This document shows positions 10,697 to 20,690 of a stretch of 32,000 nucleotides of DNA, piece by piece. Below the pieces are notes generated by a model. The model searched no databases and was not told where the DNA came from. It saw only the letters and a list, made by a program, of their open reading frames with translations. The stretch comes from a cyanobacterium endosymbiont of Braarudosphaera bigelowii (GTDB lineage: Bacteria > Cyanobacteriota > Cyanobacteriia > Cyanobacteriales > Microcystaceae), in contig NZ_AP024987.1 in assembly GCF_020885515.1 (NCBI RefSeq), forward strand, positions 1,260,001 through 1,292,000, given 5' to 3'. Made by a program: the position numbers and the translations under genes. How positions within the stretch are numbered: position 1 is the first letter of the stretch; each line of letters opens with the position of its first letter.

Positions 10697-11278
10697 ATGA
10701 AATGGTTTCGGAAAGTTGGTCTTAATATAAAAAAGAGAATGGACAGATGGACAAATAAATTAAATAGTCCTGAAAAAATTTTAGAAATGGCAACTATGCA
10801 GATAGAGAATGAACTAATTAATATGAGAGGAGCGTTAGCAGAAACAATTGCCAGTTATAAGTTTTCAGAACGTCAACTATCACACTATGAAAACTTATCT
10901 AATAGATTATATCAAAAAGCTGAATTAGCTATATCTCAAGACAACGATTCTTTAGCAAAGAAGTTATTGATAGATCGCCAATCTTACCAGAAGCAAAATC
11001 ATAATATCAAAACTGAATTAGAAGGTCAAAAAGTAATGATTCAAGAACTCAAAGAAAAATTACGAGTATTAGAAAATAAGGGACAAGAAGTAAAAACAAA
11101 AAAAAATATTTATCTCGCGCGTTTACGTTCAGCAAATGCAACGAAAAATCTCAGTGAAATATTAAATAATTTTGAAGAAAATAGCCCAAATAATTTACTT
11201 GAAATAATTGACAATAACATTATGAAATTAGAAGCAGGATCAGCAATTATAAATATGAAAAAGGAGCCTGATATTTAG
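10697..11278 (+). CDS. PspA/IM30-family protein, apparently truncated at its C-terminus
   Basis: Coiled-coil architecture with PEKILEMATMQIENELINMRGALAETIASYKFSERQ...AELAISQDNDSLAKKLLIDRQSY...KTKKNIYLARLRSANA. The TAG at 11276-11278 is followed in frame by a family-like tail. Confidence 0.82.
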   Translation: MKWFRKVGLNIKKRMDRWTNKLNSPEKILEMATMQIENELINMRGALAETIASYKFSERQLSHYENLSNRLYQKAELAISQDNDSLAKKLLIDRQSYQKQNHNIKTELEGQKVMIQELKEKLRVLENKGQEVKTKKNIYLARLRSANATKNLSEILNNFEENSPNNLLEIIDNNIMKLEAGSAIINMKKEPDI

Positions 11279-11626
11279 GGAAAACAGTTTACTAAACTAA
11301 AAAATAATGAAAATATTCAGGAAGAATTGTCTAAACTTAAATAGGGTAAAAAAAAAGATCAGATTAGTCTAAGCTCATATACCTTCTTTTAGAGGTGTAG
11401 TAAAAGATAACAGCTTAAGTAAAATCTTAAGATGAGCTAATTTCAATTTTAGAAAGCAAAAATATTATTTAAATGTTTAAATATATTACTCTTATTAGCA
11501 GCATTTTGCATTTAATTTTTTTAACAATTGACTCTTCTTAAAGTTATTTAACTAATTTTTTTTTTCTAGTATTCTAATGGTAAAATAGATGCTGGATATA
11601 TACTCTTAGTCAAAAAGTTCAGTCTT

Positions 11627-12334
11627 GTGTTATCTACTATAGTTACTGATTTTCGTATAATTTTTGATCGAGATCCTGCAGCTCGTAATTGGCTAGAAGT
11701 TCTTTTCTGCTATCCTGGGTTACAAGCTATTATCTTATATCGTTTTGCTCATTGGTTAGATAAATTAAATATTCTATTCTTACCAAGATTAATTTCTCAT
11801 TTTGCACGCTTTTTTACTGGAATTGAAATTCATCCAGCAGCTCAAATTGGTGTTGGAGTATTTATTGATCATGGAATGGGTGTAGTTATTGGAGAAACTG
11901 CGAAAATAGGAGATTATAGTTTAATTTATCAAGGTGTTACTCTTGGTGGAACAGGGAAAGGAAGTGGTAAAAGACATCCAACTATTGGCAAAAATGTAGT
12001 TATAGGTGCAGGAGCAAAAGTTCTTGGAAATCTAAATATAGGAGATAATGTTCGAATAGGAGCTGGTTCTGTTTTATTACGTGATGTACCTTCAGATTGT
12101 ACTGTTGTTGGTATCCCAGGAAAAATAGTTTATCAGTCAGGAGTACGAGTTAATCCTCTTGAACATGGTAATCTTCCTGATTCAGAAGCAAAAGTGATTA
12201 GATTATTATTGGATAGAATCGATTTATTAGAAAAACAATTTCAAGCATTAAAAAGCGAGAAACTAGAACAGTGGGAATTCGTTGACGAATCTAATAAAAT
12301 ATTACATTTAAAGTCAACCTATCATAATAAATGA
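11627..12334 (+). CDS. cysE: Serine O-acetyltransferase
   Basis: GTG start. [77 protein letters not shown], left-handed beta-helix hexapeptides. Confidence 0.96.
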   Translation: MLSTIVTDFRIIFDRDPAARNWLEVLFCYPGLQAIILYRFAHWLDKLNILFLPRLISHFARFFTGIEIHPAAQIGVGVFIDHGMGVVIGETAKIGDYSLIYQGVTLGGTGKGSGKRHPTIGKNVVIGAGAKVLGNLNIGDNVRIGAGSVLLRDVPSDCTVVGIPGKIVYQSGVRVNPLEHGNLPDSEAKVIRLLLDRIDLLEKQFQALKSEKLEQWEFVDESNKILHLKSTYHNK

Positions 12335-12344
12335 CTTTTTAATA

Positions 12345-12932
12345 TTAAAGAATAGAAATACGTTTGAGAGGAAAAAAACGAAAAATAGCACGCCCTATAA
12401 TATTCTTTTCTGATAAGAAACCCCAAACATGGGAATCGTTACTATTATTGCGATTATCTCCCATAACGAAAAGATATCCCTTGGGTACTGTAACTGGTTG
12501 TAAATCATAGTATGGTTTTTGTAAAATATATTTCTCTTCTAATAAAATATTATTAATATAAACTTTTCCATCTTTGACCTTTACAGTTTCTCCACCCACA
12601 GCAATTACTCTTTTAATAAAAGCTTGATTATTTTTATATCCTTGCAGTTTTAGTTGCACTGGAGGCTTGAAAACTACTATATCTTTTGCTTTAAGATCAT
12701 AAAAATAGCGAGAAACTTTCTCAACAATTAGTCGATCACCTACTTTTAAAGTAGGATACATGGATTCAGAAGGAATATAACGAGGTTCGGCGATGAATGT
12801 ACGAATAAAAAAAGCTAAAGCAATAGCAATTAGTAATATCTGCATATTTTCCCAGATTATTACTAATAAACTTTTATATGAATTAGATATATCAGGAGAA
12901 CCATACTTATTTGAATTCCAAGGCATACACAA
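12345..12932 (-). CDS. lepB: Signal peptidase I
   Basis: PSESMYPTLKVGDRLIVEK (Ser nucleophile region), NQAFIKRVIAVGGETVKVKDGKVYIN (Lys region), VMGDNRNNSNDSHVWG. Confidence 0.95.
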   Translation of the reverse strand: MCMPWNSNKYGSPDISNSYKSLLVIIWENMQILLIAIALAFFIRTFIAEPRYIPSESMYPTLKVGDRLIVEKVSRYFYDLKAKDIVVFKPPVQLKLQGYKNNQAFIKRVIAVGGETVKVKDGKVYINNILLEEKYILQKPYYDLQPVTVPKGYLFVMGDNRNNSNDSHVWGFLSEKNIIGRAIFRFFPLKRISIL

Positions 12933-13210
12933 TTTTTTATTTAGTCTATCAGTTATTATATAGCACTAATTACTTAAACTATATTTTACTAAGAGTATAG
13001 ATATATTAGTATGATTCAATTATATAAAGTTCAAAATAGTTTTCATTCAAAATTTACATTATTTTAGATACTTTATATAGCTAATTATAGTTGAGGAGCT
13101 ATTAATGTTAAATAATATTTTAAAAGTCTCAGAAAGTATGATGCTTCATTATATTTGAAAACTATTTACTAGCCAGATACAATGCTAGCAACTAACCAAT
13201 AGTAGAATAT

Positions 13211-14875
13211 TTACACTTTAATGGCAACAAGAAAATCTTTTAACAATGGTGTAATCGCTATGAGGTTCAATGTGATTGTCAACCAATCACCCATTTTTAC
13301 ATATAAAGTTAGTGTGTTCCTCGCATAAATTACTCCTTTGTGTATATCATATGTATTCATTTTCGATATCCACAGGCTATCTCCATTAGGGTTGATAATA
13401 GCAGAGTAACCCGTGTTAGTTGCCTTAGCCATCCATCTATCAGTTTCAATCGCACGAATTACATCTTGGGAATGATGCTGAGCAGACATAATCTGAGTAA
13501 AATGAGCATTATTAGAAGCTGTGATTATATATTCTCCTCCTAAACTTGTTTGATATCGGAAGTATTCACTAAATGCAGATTCGTAACAAATACCTATAAT
13601 AGCCTGGCCTACAGAGGTGTCAAAAATTTGCTTATTTTCTCCTACAATTAAGTGGTTTTCTAATGGAGATAAGCTATAAACGAGTTTTCCTAAAATATTC
13701 TCTAGAGGAATATATTCTCCTAATGGAACCAATTTAACTTTATCAAAGCGACTTAATATTTTTCCATTTTCTACTATGGTGAAAAGACTATTAGTATAGC
13801 CAGCTTTTTTACCGCCTAATGCACCTAGAATAATAGGAACTCTATGTTCTATAACTTTTTCATGCAACAAGCTGTTCCTGAGGATATATTGTATGTTAAA
13901 AGGTAAAGCAACTTCTGGAGTTATTATTAAATCGACTTTCTTGTTTGCTAGAATTTCGTAGCCGTTACTATAATTTTTAAGGGCCCTAATTTTTCCTTCA
14001 TGATTCAACTTAATAGTGTTAGGAATATTTCCTTGTATTATTCCAATTTTAATTTTTTTGTCATTAAAATCTAAAACTCTGTGATTATATAAAAACAAGC
14101 CATATAAATGTGAAGAAGATATGATAATTACGCTTAAAGAAATTAAAAATAAAAATTGCTTTTTATTTTTATCAATTACTAGTATTGATTCTGATATTAA
14201 ACCATTAATTGCAATAATTAGAGCTGTTACTGTTGAGTGACCTGAAAGCTTTGTTAATTGTAAAATAGCTAGGTTATCTGGACTTTGTGTATAAGATAAA
14301 GAAGTCCACCACAAAGGACTTTGATTCCAAATCATCTCTAAGAGACACCAAATTGCAACTCCAAAAACAATTCTTCTAAAAGATTGAGTCAAGGAAGAAG
14401 TCAAAACTTCAGTGTCTTTAAGAGATTTTTTTTTTGTTTTTTTGCAATTAATTTCTTGTATATAATTAATATTATACCAAAGCATAAGGCATGACCAAAC
14501 AAGTACTAATATAATTCCCCAGCATGTTACTAACAACCAACAAGAAGTTGTTATTATAAGACTTGATATCCAGGAAATTCCTATCCATGTGACAGGATGC
14601 AAGCTTGTTATCCAAAATAAACTAAAACCATGATATGAACAGCCCCAAGCTATAGCTCCTAAAATTATTTCACTAATTTTTGTTTTTGACTTTAATCTAC
14701 TTTTCTTGCTTTTTATATCTCTATGGCTTATGTATTTAGTTTTTTCAGATATTATAAATGTCCATAGTGGAACTAATGATACCCATGCAAAATAAAACTT
14801 AGAGAATGGGGCAGTAGCTAAGCCCATTAACAAGCCACTAAAACCTACTAATAAAACTCTCATACTAACGTTCAA
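13211..14875 (-). CDS. lnt: Apolipoprotein N-acyltransferase
   Basis: 554 aa polytopic protein with nitrilase-like domain; catalytic-type segments LIITPEVALP, FDKVKLVPLGEYIP and IGICYESAF. Confidence 0.93.
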   Translation of the reverse strand: MNVSMRVLLVGFSGLLMGLATAPFSKFYFAWVSLVPLWTFIISEKTKYISHRDIKSKKSRLKSKTKISEIILGAIAWGCSYHGFSLFWITSLHPVTWIGISWISSLIITTSCWLLVTCWGIILVLVWSCLMLWYNINYIQEINCKKTKKKSLKDTEVLTSSLTQSFRRIVFGVAIWCLLEMIWNQSPLWWTSLSYTQSPDNLAILQLTKLSGHSTVTALIIAINGLISESILVIDKNKKQFLFLISLSVIIISSSHLYGLFLYNHRVLDFNDKKIKIGIIQGNIPNTIKLNHEGKIRALKNYSNGYEILANKKVDLIITPEVALPFNIQYILRNSLLHEKVIEHRVPIILGALGGKKAGYTNSLFTIVENGKILSRFDKVKLVPLGEYIPLENILGKLVYSLSPLENHLIVGENKQIFDTSVGQAIIGICYESAFSEYFRYQTSLGGEYIITASNNAHFTQIMSAQHHSQDVIRAIETDRWMAKATNTGYSAIINPNGDSLWISKMNTYDIHKGVIYARNTLTLYVKMGDWLTITLNLIAITPLLKDFLVAIKV

Positions 14876-14933
14876 TTTTTTATATCGAAATAGATCTAAA
14901 TAAGAAAATTAATATTTATAACAGAAAATATAT

Positions 14934-15461
14934 TTAAAATATACTTTCTGTTGTTAAACAAATAGACATTGCTTTGATATGAGTAATATCTTTTACTTCT
15001 TTTACTGTAGCAATTACACATTCAGCATAGAGTCCTGGATTTAGGCTAGAACGACAAGAATCTAATAAAGTCAATGAGTTTATTAAATTCTTGTCCACAT
15101 TAGAATTAATGTCTGTTTGATTAGGCAATATCCTATGAATGCTAACGACACAGTTTCCTAGATCTATAGGTCTTCTTACCTGAAAACATGCTCTTAAGGA
15201 ATCACTTCCATCAATTTGGCTTATATTTCCTATGATACTGACACATTGAGATAGCTCTTTAGGAATCAGTGCATCAGAACAAGCAGTTGCTGCATCTTCT
15301 CCTGATATCGAGAATTTTTTTAATTGGTTAATACAAACACTATATTGGTTCGAAGAACTTTGTACATTTCCATAAACACTAAGTGGAGCAATATAAAGGT
15401 TAATTACTAACGACCCAATGCAAGCTTTTAATAAGTTAAATCTATGTTTCAGTGAAATCAT
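14934..15461 (-). CDS. Predicted exported cysteine-rich protein of unknown function with internal repeats
   Basis: 175 aa. Hydrophobic N-terminus (LLKACIGSLVINLYIAPLSVYG), then eight Cys residues and a three-fold C-x5-P-x2-[LY]-x2-C motif. Confidence 0.7.
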   Translation of the reverse strand: MISLKHRFNLLKACIGSLVINLYIAPLSVYGNVQSSSNQYSVCINQLKKFSISGEDAATACSDALIPKELSQCVSIIGNISQIDGSDSLRACFQVRRPIDLGNCVVSIHRILPNQTDINSNVDKNLINSLTLLDSCRSSLNPGLYAECVIATVKEVKDITHIKAMSICLTTESIF

Positions 15462-15796
15462 TAAGCAAGAATAAAAAATTGTTTACATTTAATAGACCCT
15501 AGTAACTAAAAAAGATTAAATAAAATTTTTTTAAATAATAAGTGAAATTTATAACTTTATAAAATATTACTAACTGATATAATGCCATAAAAGTTTTAAT
15601 AAATTAAAAAAGTTAGCAAATTTCTTAGTTTTTGAATCTAAAGTTTGATAATTTTTTCTGCAAAACTATTGTTTTATTAGTAAGTGCTTCCTTTTAAAAG
15701 GAGGTTCTATCATGTATTAACTTAACAATAATCTGCCTATAAAAGTAAATATAATTGTTATTGTCTAATTAAATAGAAAATTAATTTTGATAAACT

Positions 15797-16597
15797 TTAT
15801 AAAAGTGGGTCAAAACGAAAGAAAATGGCAACTTTCAACATATTGTCATCGACTTGCAGATTTAAAATTCTCGCTACTATCCCTTGTTTTTCAAGGGTCT
15901 TCAAGTTCAAATTTTCATTAATCCCTATTGTTAAAAAGTTCAAAAAACGTTTTGACAGTTTTCTCTTATTAAGAGTAGCATTCAAATTTGTTAACTTTAT
16001 TAAATATCCTTTTTCTATCTCGAAGCCAACTTCTGTCGTAATTATTAGTTCATTTTTTGTTTCCTTAGAGGCTGAATCTTCTTCTAATTCAACTTCTAAG
16101 CCTAAATAATCCTTCCTGATAAAATTTATACGTAATGCAACTATTTTGAACTGAGGAGCTTGACGAGGTAATAAATCATTGATCAATTCTTGCAATTTAG
16201 ATTTAATATTCTGTGATTCTAATGCTTGATTAAAATCTTCTTCTTTTATTGTGATTTTAAAAGCACCTTGAAGTGGCTTATTAAAAAATGATCTGAAGTT
16301 TTTGACTTTTCCTCCTTGTTGAATTTGATCAATATTAATATCAATTGGATCAGTTTCTAGCTCAAAGGAATCTATCTTAAGATTTTTAATAACTTCGGCT
16401 TTACGGCTTGCAATAGAAATATTATCAAATTTACCGTTCACTACTTTGTAGCTTGGAGTACTATTAACACGGACTGACAGTTTTTCTACATTTACAATTT
16501 GAGAACGTAATTCATTTTGAATAACATTATCAATAATAAATCCAACAGGAGAAACAGCTGTAATTAAACTGGATAAGAAAATAGTGAACCATTCCAT
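15797..16597 (-). CDS. DUF2993 (LmeA-like) family protein
   Basis: 266 aa. LSVRVNSTPSYKVVNGKFDNISIASRKAEV..LKIDSFELETDPIDI, typical of the cyanobacterial DUF2993 family. Confidence 0.75.
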   Translation of the reverse strand: MEWFTIFLSSLITAVSPVGFIIDNVIQNELRSQIVNVEKLSVRVNSTPSYKVVNGKFDNISIASRKAEVIKNLKIDSFELETDPIDINIDQIQQGGKVKNFRSFFNKPLQGAFKITIKEEDFNQALESQNIKSKLQELINDLLPRQAPQFKIVALRINFIRKDYLGLEVELEEDSASKETKNELIITTEVGFEIEKGYLIKLTNLNATLNKRKLSKRFLNFLTIGINENLNLKTLEKQGIVARILNLQVDDNMLKVAIFFRFDPLL

Positions 16598-16648
16598 AAA
16601 ACAATGATTTTATTAAATATATTTAAAGAAAAATAAAATAACTAGGAA

Positions 16649-16963
16649 TTAATTATCTAAAGTCCATTCAGAGTCCTTATCCTTGAAACTTAAGGGAATA
16701 CTAACAGCTTTCCCCAAACGAGGTCGTTCTTTCGTAGTTTGTACATATGCAATAATCTCTTGTTCACTACCCCAAGCAGTTATATAATTCGCCACAGCAT
16801 CAAAATGCTTAAAATATTCTTGTTCAGTCATTGGGAAAGATGCTTGTTCAAGATACTTCCACATTATTTGACAGAAAATTTGTTCTTTGACTTTTTTTAG
16901 CTGAATATCATAAGATTTATTCCATTTACTATAAAGCAATTCATATAATTCTTTCCCAGTCAT
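16649..16963 (-). CDS. DUF3067 family protein
   Basis: MTGKELYELLYSKWNKSYDIQLKKVKEQIFCQIMWKYLEQASFPMTEQEYFKHFDAVANYITAWGSEQEIIAYVQTTKERPRLGKAVSIPL. The ORF track starts 22 codons upstream (17029). Confidence 0.8.
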   Translation of the reverse strand: MTGKELYELLYSKWNKSYDIQLKKVKEQIFCQIMWKYLEQASFPMTEQEYFKHFDAVANYITAWGSEQEIIAYVQTTKERPRLGKAVSIPLSFKDKDSEWTLDN

Positions 16964-17219
16964 CTTATTTTGCAACTCCTTGTTAAAGACTTTCCTAATA
17001 TATAACAAAAGTTCGAAGAATATGGACAATATGTAATCTAAATAATTTAATTAAATAGATTACATATAAAATTATTTTATTAATTCTTTAAATCCTGTTT
17101 GGAAATTAATTACTAGAATGTTTACCTATAAACCTAACCTAAAATAAATTGTATAAATTTAATTTATCTTATAGCTAAAATTTAGTATTTTTAGAATCCT
17201 ATGGTTTTATTATTAAAAT

Positions 17220-18578
17220 TTACATAAAATGTTGATAAACTTGTTCAACTAATAATTTTAGATGAACAGAGTTAGAAGCCTTAAAGAGTACACGGTCCCC
17301 ATCCTTAACTTCGCTAATTAATTGTTCTAGTAATTTTTTTTGATTTAAAAAACAATTTACCTCAATATCTTGAACTCCATCAGCAATAGCCTGAGCTTCA
17401 TCATCACTAATTAGTATATAGAGTATGTCAATTTTTAATGTTTGTGCTGTTTCTCCAACTTCACGATGAAATTGAGAAGAATTTGCACCTAATTCTTTCA
17501 TTGCACCTAAAACAGCAATATGCCTTTTTCCTGGAGTATCTTTAAGCATTTGCAAAGATGCTTTCATTGATTCTAAGCCTGCATTGTATGTCTCATCTAA
17601 TAAAACGATATCTCCTGGTAAACTATATTTTTGTGATCGACCTTGAGGAATTTCAACTTTAATCTGTTTTGTAAGCATTTTCCAATCTAAACTTAAGCTT
17701 TTAACTACTGCTAAAGATGCTAAATAATTAATGGCATTATGGCGACCAACTAAAGGCAAAGGAAAATTCATATCCTCAACTTTCAAAGTTTTATCATTTA
17801 CTAATTTTCCAATAACATCTCCTTGATCTAAACCATAAGTAAGTGTTTTACCTTTCCATACTTGGGATGCTGTTTTAATAAGTAACTCATCGTCATGGTT
17901 AAGAATAGCTATGCTATCAGATGGCATCTCAGATAATAATTCACATTTTGCCTGGGCAATAGCTTCTTTAGAGCCTAATCTTCCAATATGAGCTGTTCCA
18001 ACATTAGTAATAATGCCAATACTAGGTTTAATTATTTTTGTTAATAAACGAATTTCTCCTAAGTTCCTCATACCCATTTCAATTACAGCAAAGTTATGGT
18101 GCTCAGATAATCCTAAAAGAGTACGTGGTACACCAATTTCATTATTATAATTAGCATAAGTTTTATGAACTTTTCCATATGTTGCTAAAGATGCTGCTAT
18201 TAATTCTTTTGTAGTAGTTTTTCCGACCGATCCAGTTATAGCAATAATAGGAATTTTGTATTTATTTCTCCACCAACTTGCTATTTGCTGATAAGCTTCC
18301 AATGTATTACTAACAACTATTTGTGAAATTTTATGTATAGGATCTACCATAGCTTCTTCTTCAAGAATAATAACACTTGCTCCTTTCTCTATTGCTTGTC
18401 TAATAAACAAATGTCCATCAAAGTTTTCTCCATATAATGCTAAGAATGCATCACCTTTTCGAATTTTACGAGTGTCTGTACTAATTGAGCTAATGCTATC
18501 TAATAGTGATAAGTTAAGATACGATTTTTGTTGTTGGAAATTATTCTCTAAAATAGTAACAAGCTCATTAACATTCAT
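17220..18578 (-). CDS. murF: UDP-N-acetylmuramoyl-tripeptide--D-alanyl-D-alanine ligase
   Basis: STDTRKIRKGDAFLALYGENFDGHLF, PIIAITGSVGKTTTKELIA, TYANYNNEIGVPRTLL, LLDETYNAGLESMKASL. Confidence 0.95.
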   Translation of the reverse strand: MNVNELVTILENNFQQQKSYLNLSLLDSISSISTDTRKIRKGDAFLALYGENFDGHLFIRQAIEKGASVIILEEEAMVDPIHKISQIVVSNTLEAYQQIASWWRNKYKIPIIAITGSVGKTTTKELIAASLATYGKVHKTYANYNNEIGVPRTLLGLSEHHNFAVIEMGMRNLGEIRLLTKIIKPSIGIITNVGTAHIGRLGSKEAIAQAKCELLSEMPSDSIAILNHDDELLIKTASQVWKGKTLTYGLDQGDVIGKLVNDKTLKVEDMNFPLPLVGRHNAINYLASLAVVKSLSLDWKMLTKQIKVEIPQGRSQKYSLPGDIVLLDETYNAGLESMKASLQMLKDTPGKRHIAVLGAMKELGANSSQFHREVGETAQTLKIDILYILISDDEAQAIADGVQDIEVNCFLNQKKLLEQLISEVKDGDRVLFKASNSVHLKLLVEQVYQHFM

Positions 18579-19175
18579 TTGTTCGCCCTAATAATTTAAT
18601 TATAATTTTTAAAAAGTTATTGATAGTATTCTTAAAAAATATTTTATCCAAAAAAAACGAGTAAAACTTTATAGTAATCATATATCCTGTAAATCAAGAT
18701 ATTAACATTGAAATAAGCATATAAGTAAGATTACAAGAATAAAATTATTTTTAATCTTATTCATACTTTAATATTTTGATAGCAGACTGTAAGCCTTGAT
18801 TAATTATTTTCCATACAAGTCATATGATTGATACCTTAAGATCTAATTTATTCATATTGTTCTATATGGATAATGTGAATAAATTAACATATTTACTAAA
18901 AATCTTTTTGTAAATATACAATTAAATTCGAAGTTAAAGACATATTGTAAAATTTGTATTTTAAATAAATAATTTTATGTTATCCATGTGTTTTATTTCT
19001 AATTAAAATTCATATATTGAGATGTTTATTTATAATAAAAATATTCATGAATTGAATGCTTAATTTTTTTTGACTTCTTTTTTAGAAGCATCATTAATTT
19101 TATTCTGAATATAGAAACTTAAAAAATTGGTAATAGTCTAAATATTTACGTTTTAAAAACTTCAAAAAATTAATT

Positions 19176-20690
19176 ATGGTAAAACTGTACGAACTGTTGA
19201 AAAAAGTTCCTAGTATTATCCAAATACCAACGCATAAAGCTTTAAATAAAAAAGTTGAAGGCATTTCTACTAATTCTCATTCTTGTAAACAGGAAGAAAT
19301 TTTTATTGGTATGCCAGGAACTCGTGTAGATGGAGGTGAATTCTGGCAAAGTGCAATAAAGGCTGGTGCTGTTGCAGCTGTTATAAGTCCCCAAGCAGCT
19401 ATTAAATTTCCTGCAAACGATCTTTATTGTGTAATTATTGTTGAAGATGTAATACTTACAGCCTCTGAAATTGCTGCAGCTTTTTATTCCTATCCTTCTA
19501 AGAAATTAAAAATGATAGGAGTAACAGGTACGAACGGGAAAACGACTACTACGCATTTAATTGAATATTTTTTGACTGAATGCCAAAAAGATACTGCCCT
19601 TATCGGAACTTTATATTCTCGCTGGAATGGTTTCAAACAAACTTCAGTCCATACCACTCCTTTCTCTCCTGAATTACAAGCGCAGTTATCTCAAGCAGTA
19701 ATTGATAAAAATCAATATTGTGTAATGGAGGTAAGTTCTCATGCTTTGATTCAAGGAAGAGTGAAAGGATGTAATTTTGACGTAAGTATATTCACTAATC
19801 TGACACAAGATCATCTTGATTTTCATAAAAATCTAGAAAATTACTTCTTTGCAAAACAGTTACTATTTAGCTCAGAATACTTACAGGGGAAAGCAATTAT
19901 AAATATAGATGATCCTTATGGGGAAAGATTAATTCAGGGCTTAGATTCTCAGTTAATATATAGCTATAGCATTGAAAATAATCTTGCTGATTTTTATACA
20001 ACTAATCTTAAGTATAAACATGATCGAGTTGAAGGAGTATTACAAACACCTATCGGAAGTTACGAATTTCAGTCTCCTCTAGTGGGTAAATTTAATTTAT
20101 CAAATTTGCTAGCTGCTATAGCGACATTATTCCAATTAAATATCAACTTAGAGATAGCTATTGAAAAACTACCTTATTTTCTTGGTGTTCCTGGAAGAAT
20201 GGAAAAAATACAAATTAGTAAAGTACAGGATGTTACTGTAATTGTTGATTATGCTCATACTCCTGACAGTTTAAAAAATCTTTTAAAAGCCACTCGCCCT
20301 TTTGTCAGTGGAAAGATAATATCTGTTTTTGGTTGTGGTGGTGATCGTGATAGGACTAAGCGTCCTGTAATGGGCAAAATATCTGCAGAACTAGCTGATA
20401 TTTCAGTTCTAACTTCTGATAACCCTAGAACTGAAGAGCCTGAGCAAATCTTATCCGATATACTGAAAGGTGTACCCCAATGTACAAATTTTTGGGTAAT
20501 TAGTAATCGCAACGAAGCCATTAGAACAGCTATTTTGAAAGCTAATCCAGGAGATGGGATTTTGATTGCAGGTAAAGGACATGAAAATTATCAAATTTTA
20601 GGCACGGAAAAGATTTACTTTGACGATAGAGAGCAAGCAAGGGAATCATTGAGAGTTAGACTTGAGGGACCGCATGATTTATCTAATTAG
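19176..20690 (+). CDS. murE: UDP-N-acetylmuramoyl-L-alanyl-D-glutamate--2,6-diaminopimelate ligase
   Basis: STNSHSCKQEEIFIGMPG, GVTGTNGKTTTTHLIEYFL, MEVSSHALIQGRV, IVDYAHTPDSLKNLL, FGCGGDRDRTKRPVMG, TSDNPRTEEPEQI (Dap-type). Confidence 0.96.
   Translation: MVKLYELLKKVPSIIQIPTHKALNKKVEGISTNSHSCKQEEIFIGMPGTRVDGGEFWQSAIKAGAVAAVISPQAAIKFPANDLYCVIIVEDVILTASEIAAAFYSYPSKKLKMIGVTGTNGKTTTTHLIEYFLTECQKDTALIGTLYSRWNGFKQTSVHTTPFSPELQAQLSQAVIDKNQYCVMEVSSHALIQGRVKGCNFDVSIFTNLTQDHLDFHKNLENYFFAKQLLFSSEYLQGKAIINIDDPYGERLIQGLDSQLIYSYSIENNLADFYTTNLKYKHDRVEGVLQTPIGSYEFQSPLVGKFNLSNLLAAIATLFQLNINLEIAIEKLPYFLGVPGRMEKIQISKVQDVTVIVDYAHTPDSLKNLLKATRPFVSGKIISVFGCGGDRDRTKRPVMGKISAELADISVLTSDNPRTEEPEQILSDILKGVPQCTNFWVISNRNEAIRTAILKANPGDGILIAGKGHENYQILGTEKIYFDDREQARESLRVRLEGPHDLSN

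Noticed and set aside
13340-13543. Plus-strand 67-aa ORF inside lnt
   Set aside because: Antisense to lnt catalytic domain coding; no domain signature.
15825-16109. Plus-strand 94-aa ORF inside the DUF2993 gene
   Set aside because: Low-complexity antisense translation of a convincing minus-strand gene.
20255-20521. Minus-strand 88-aa ORF inside murE
   Set aside because: Antisense to the highly conserved murE C-terminal region.
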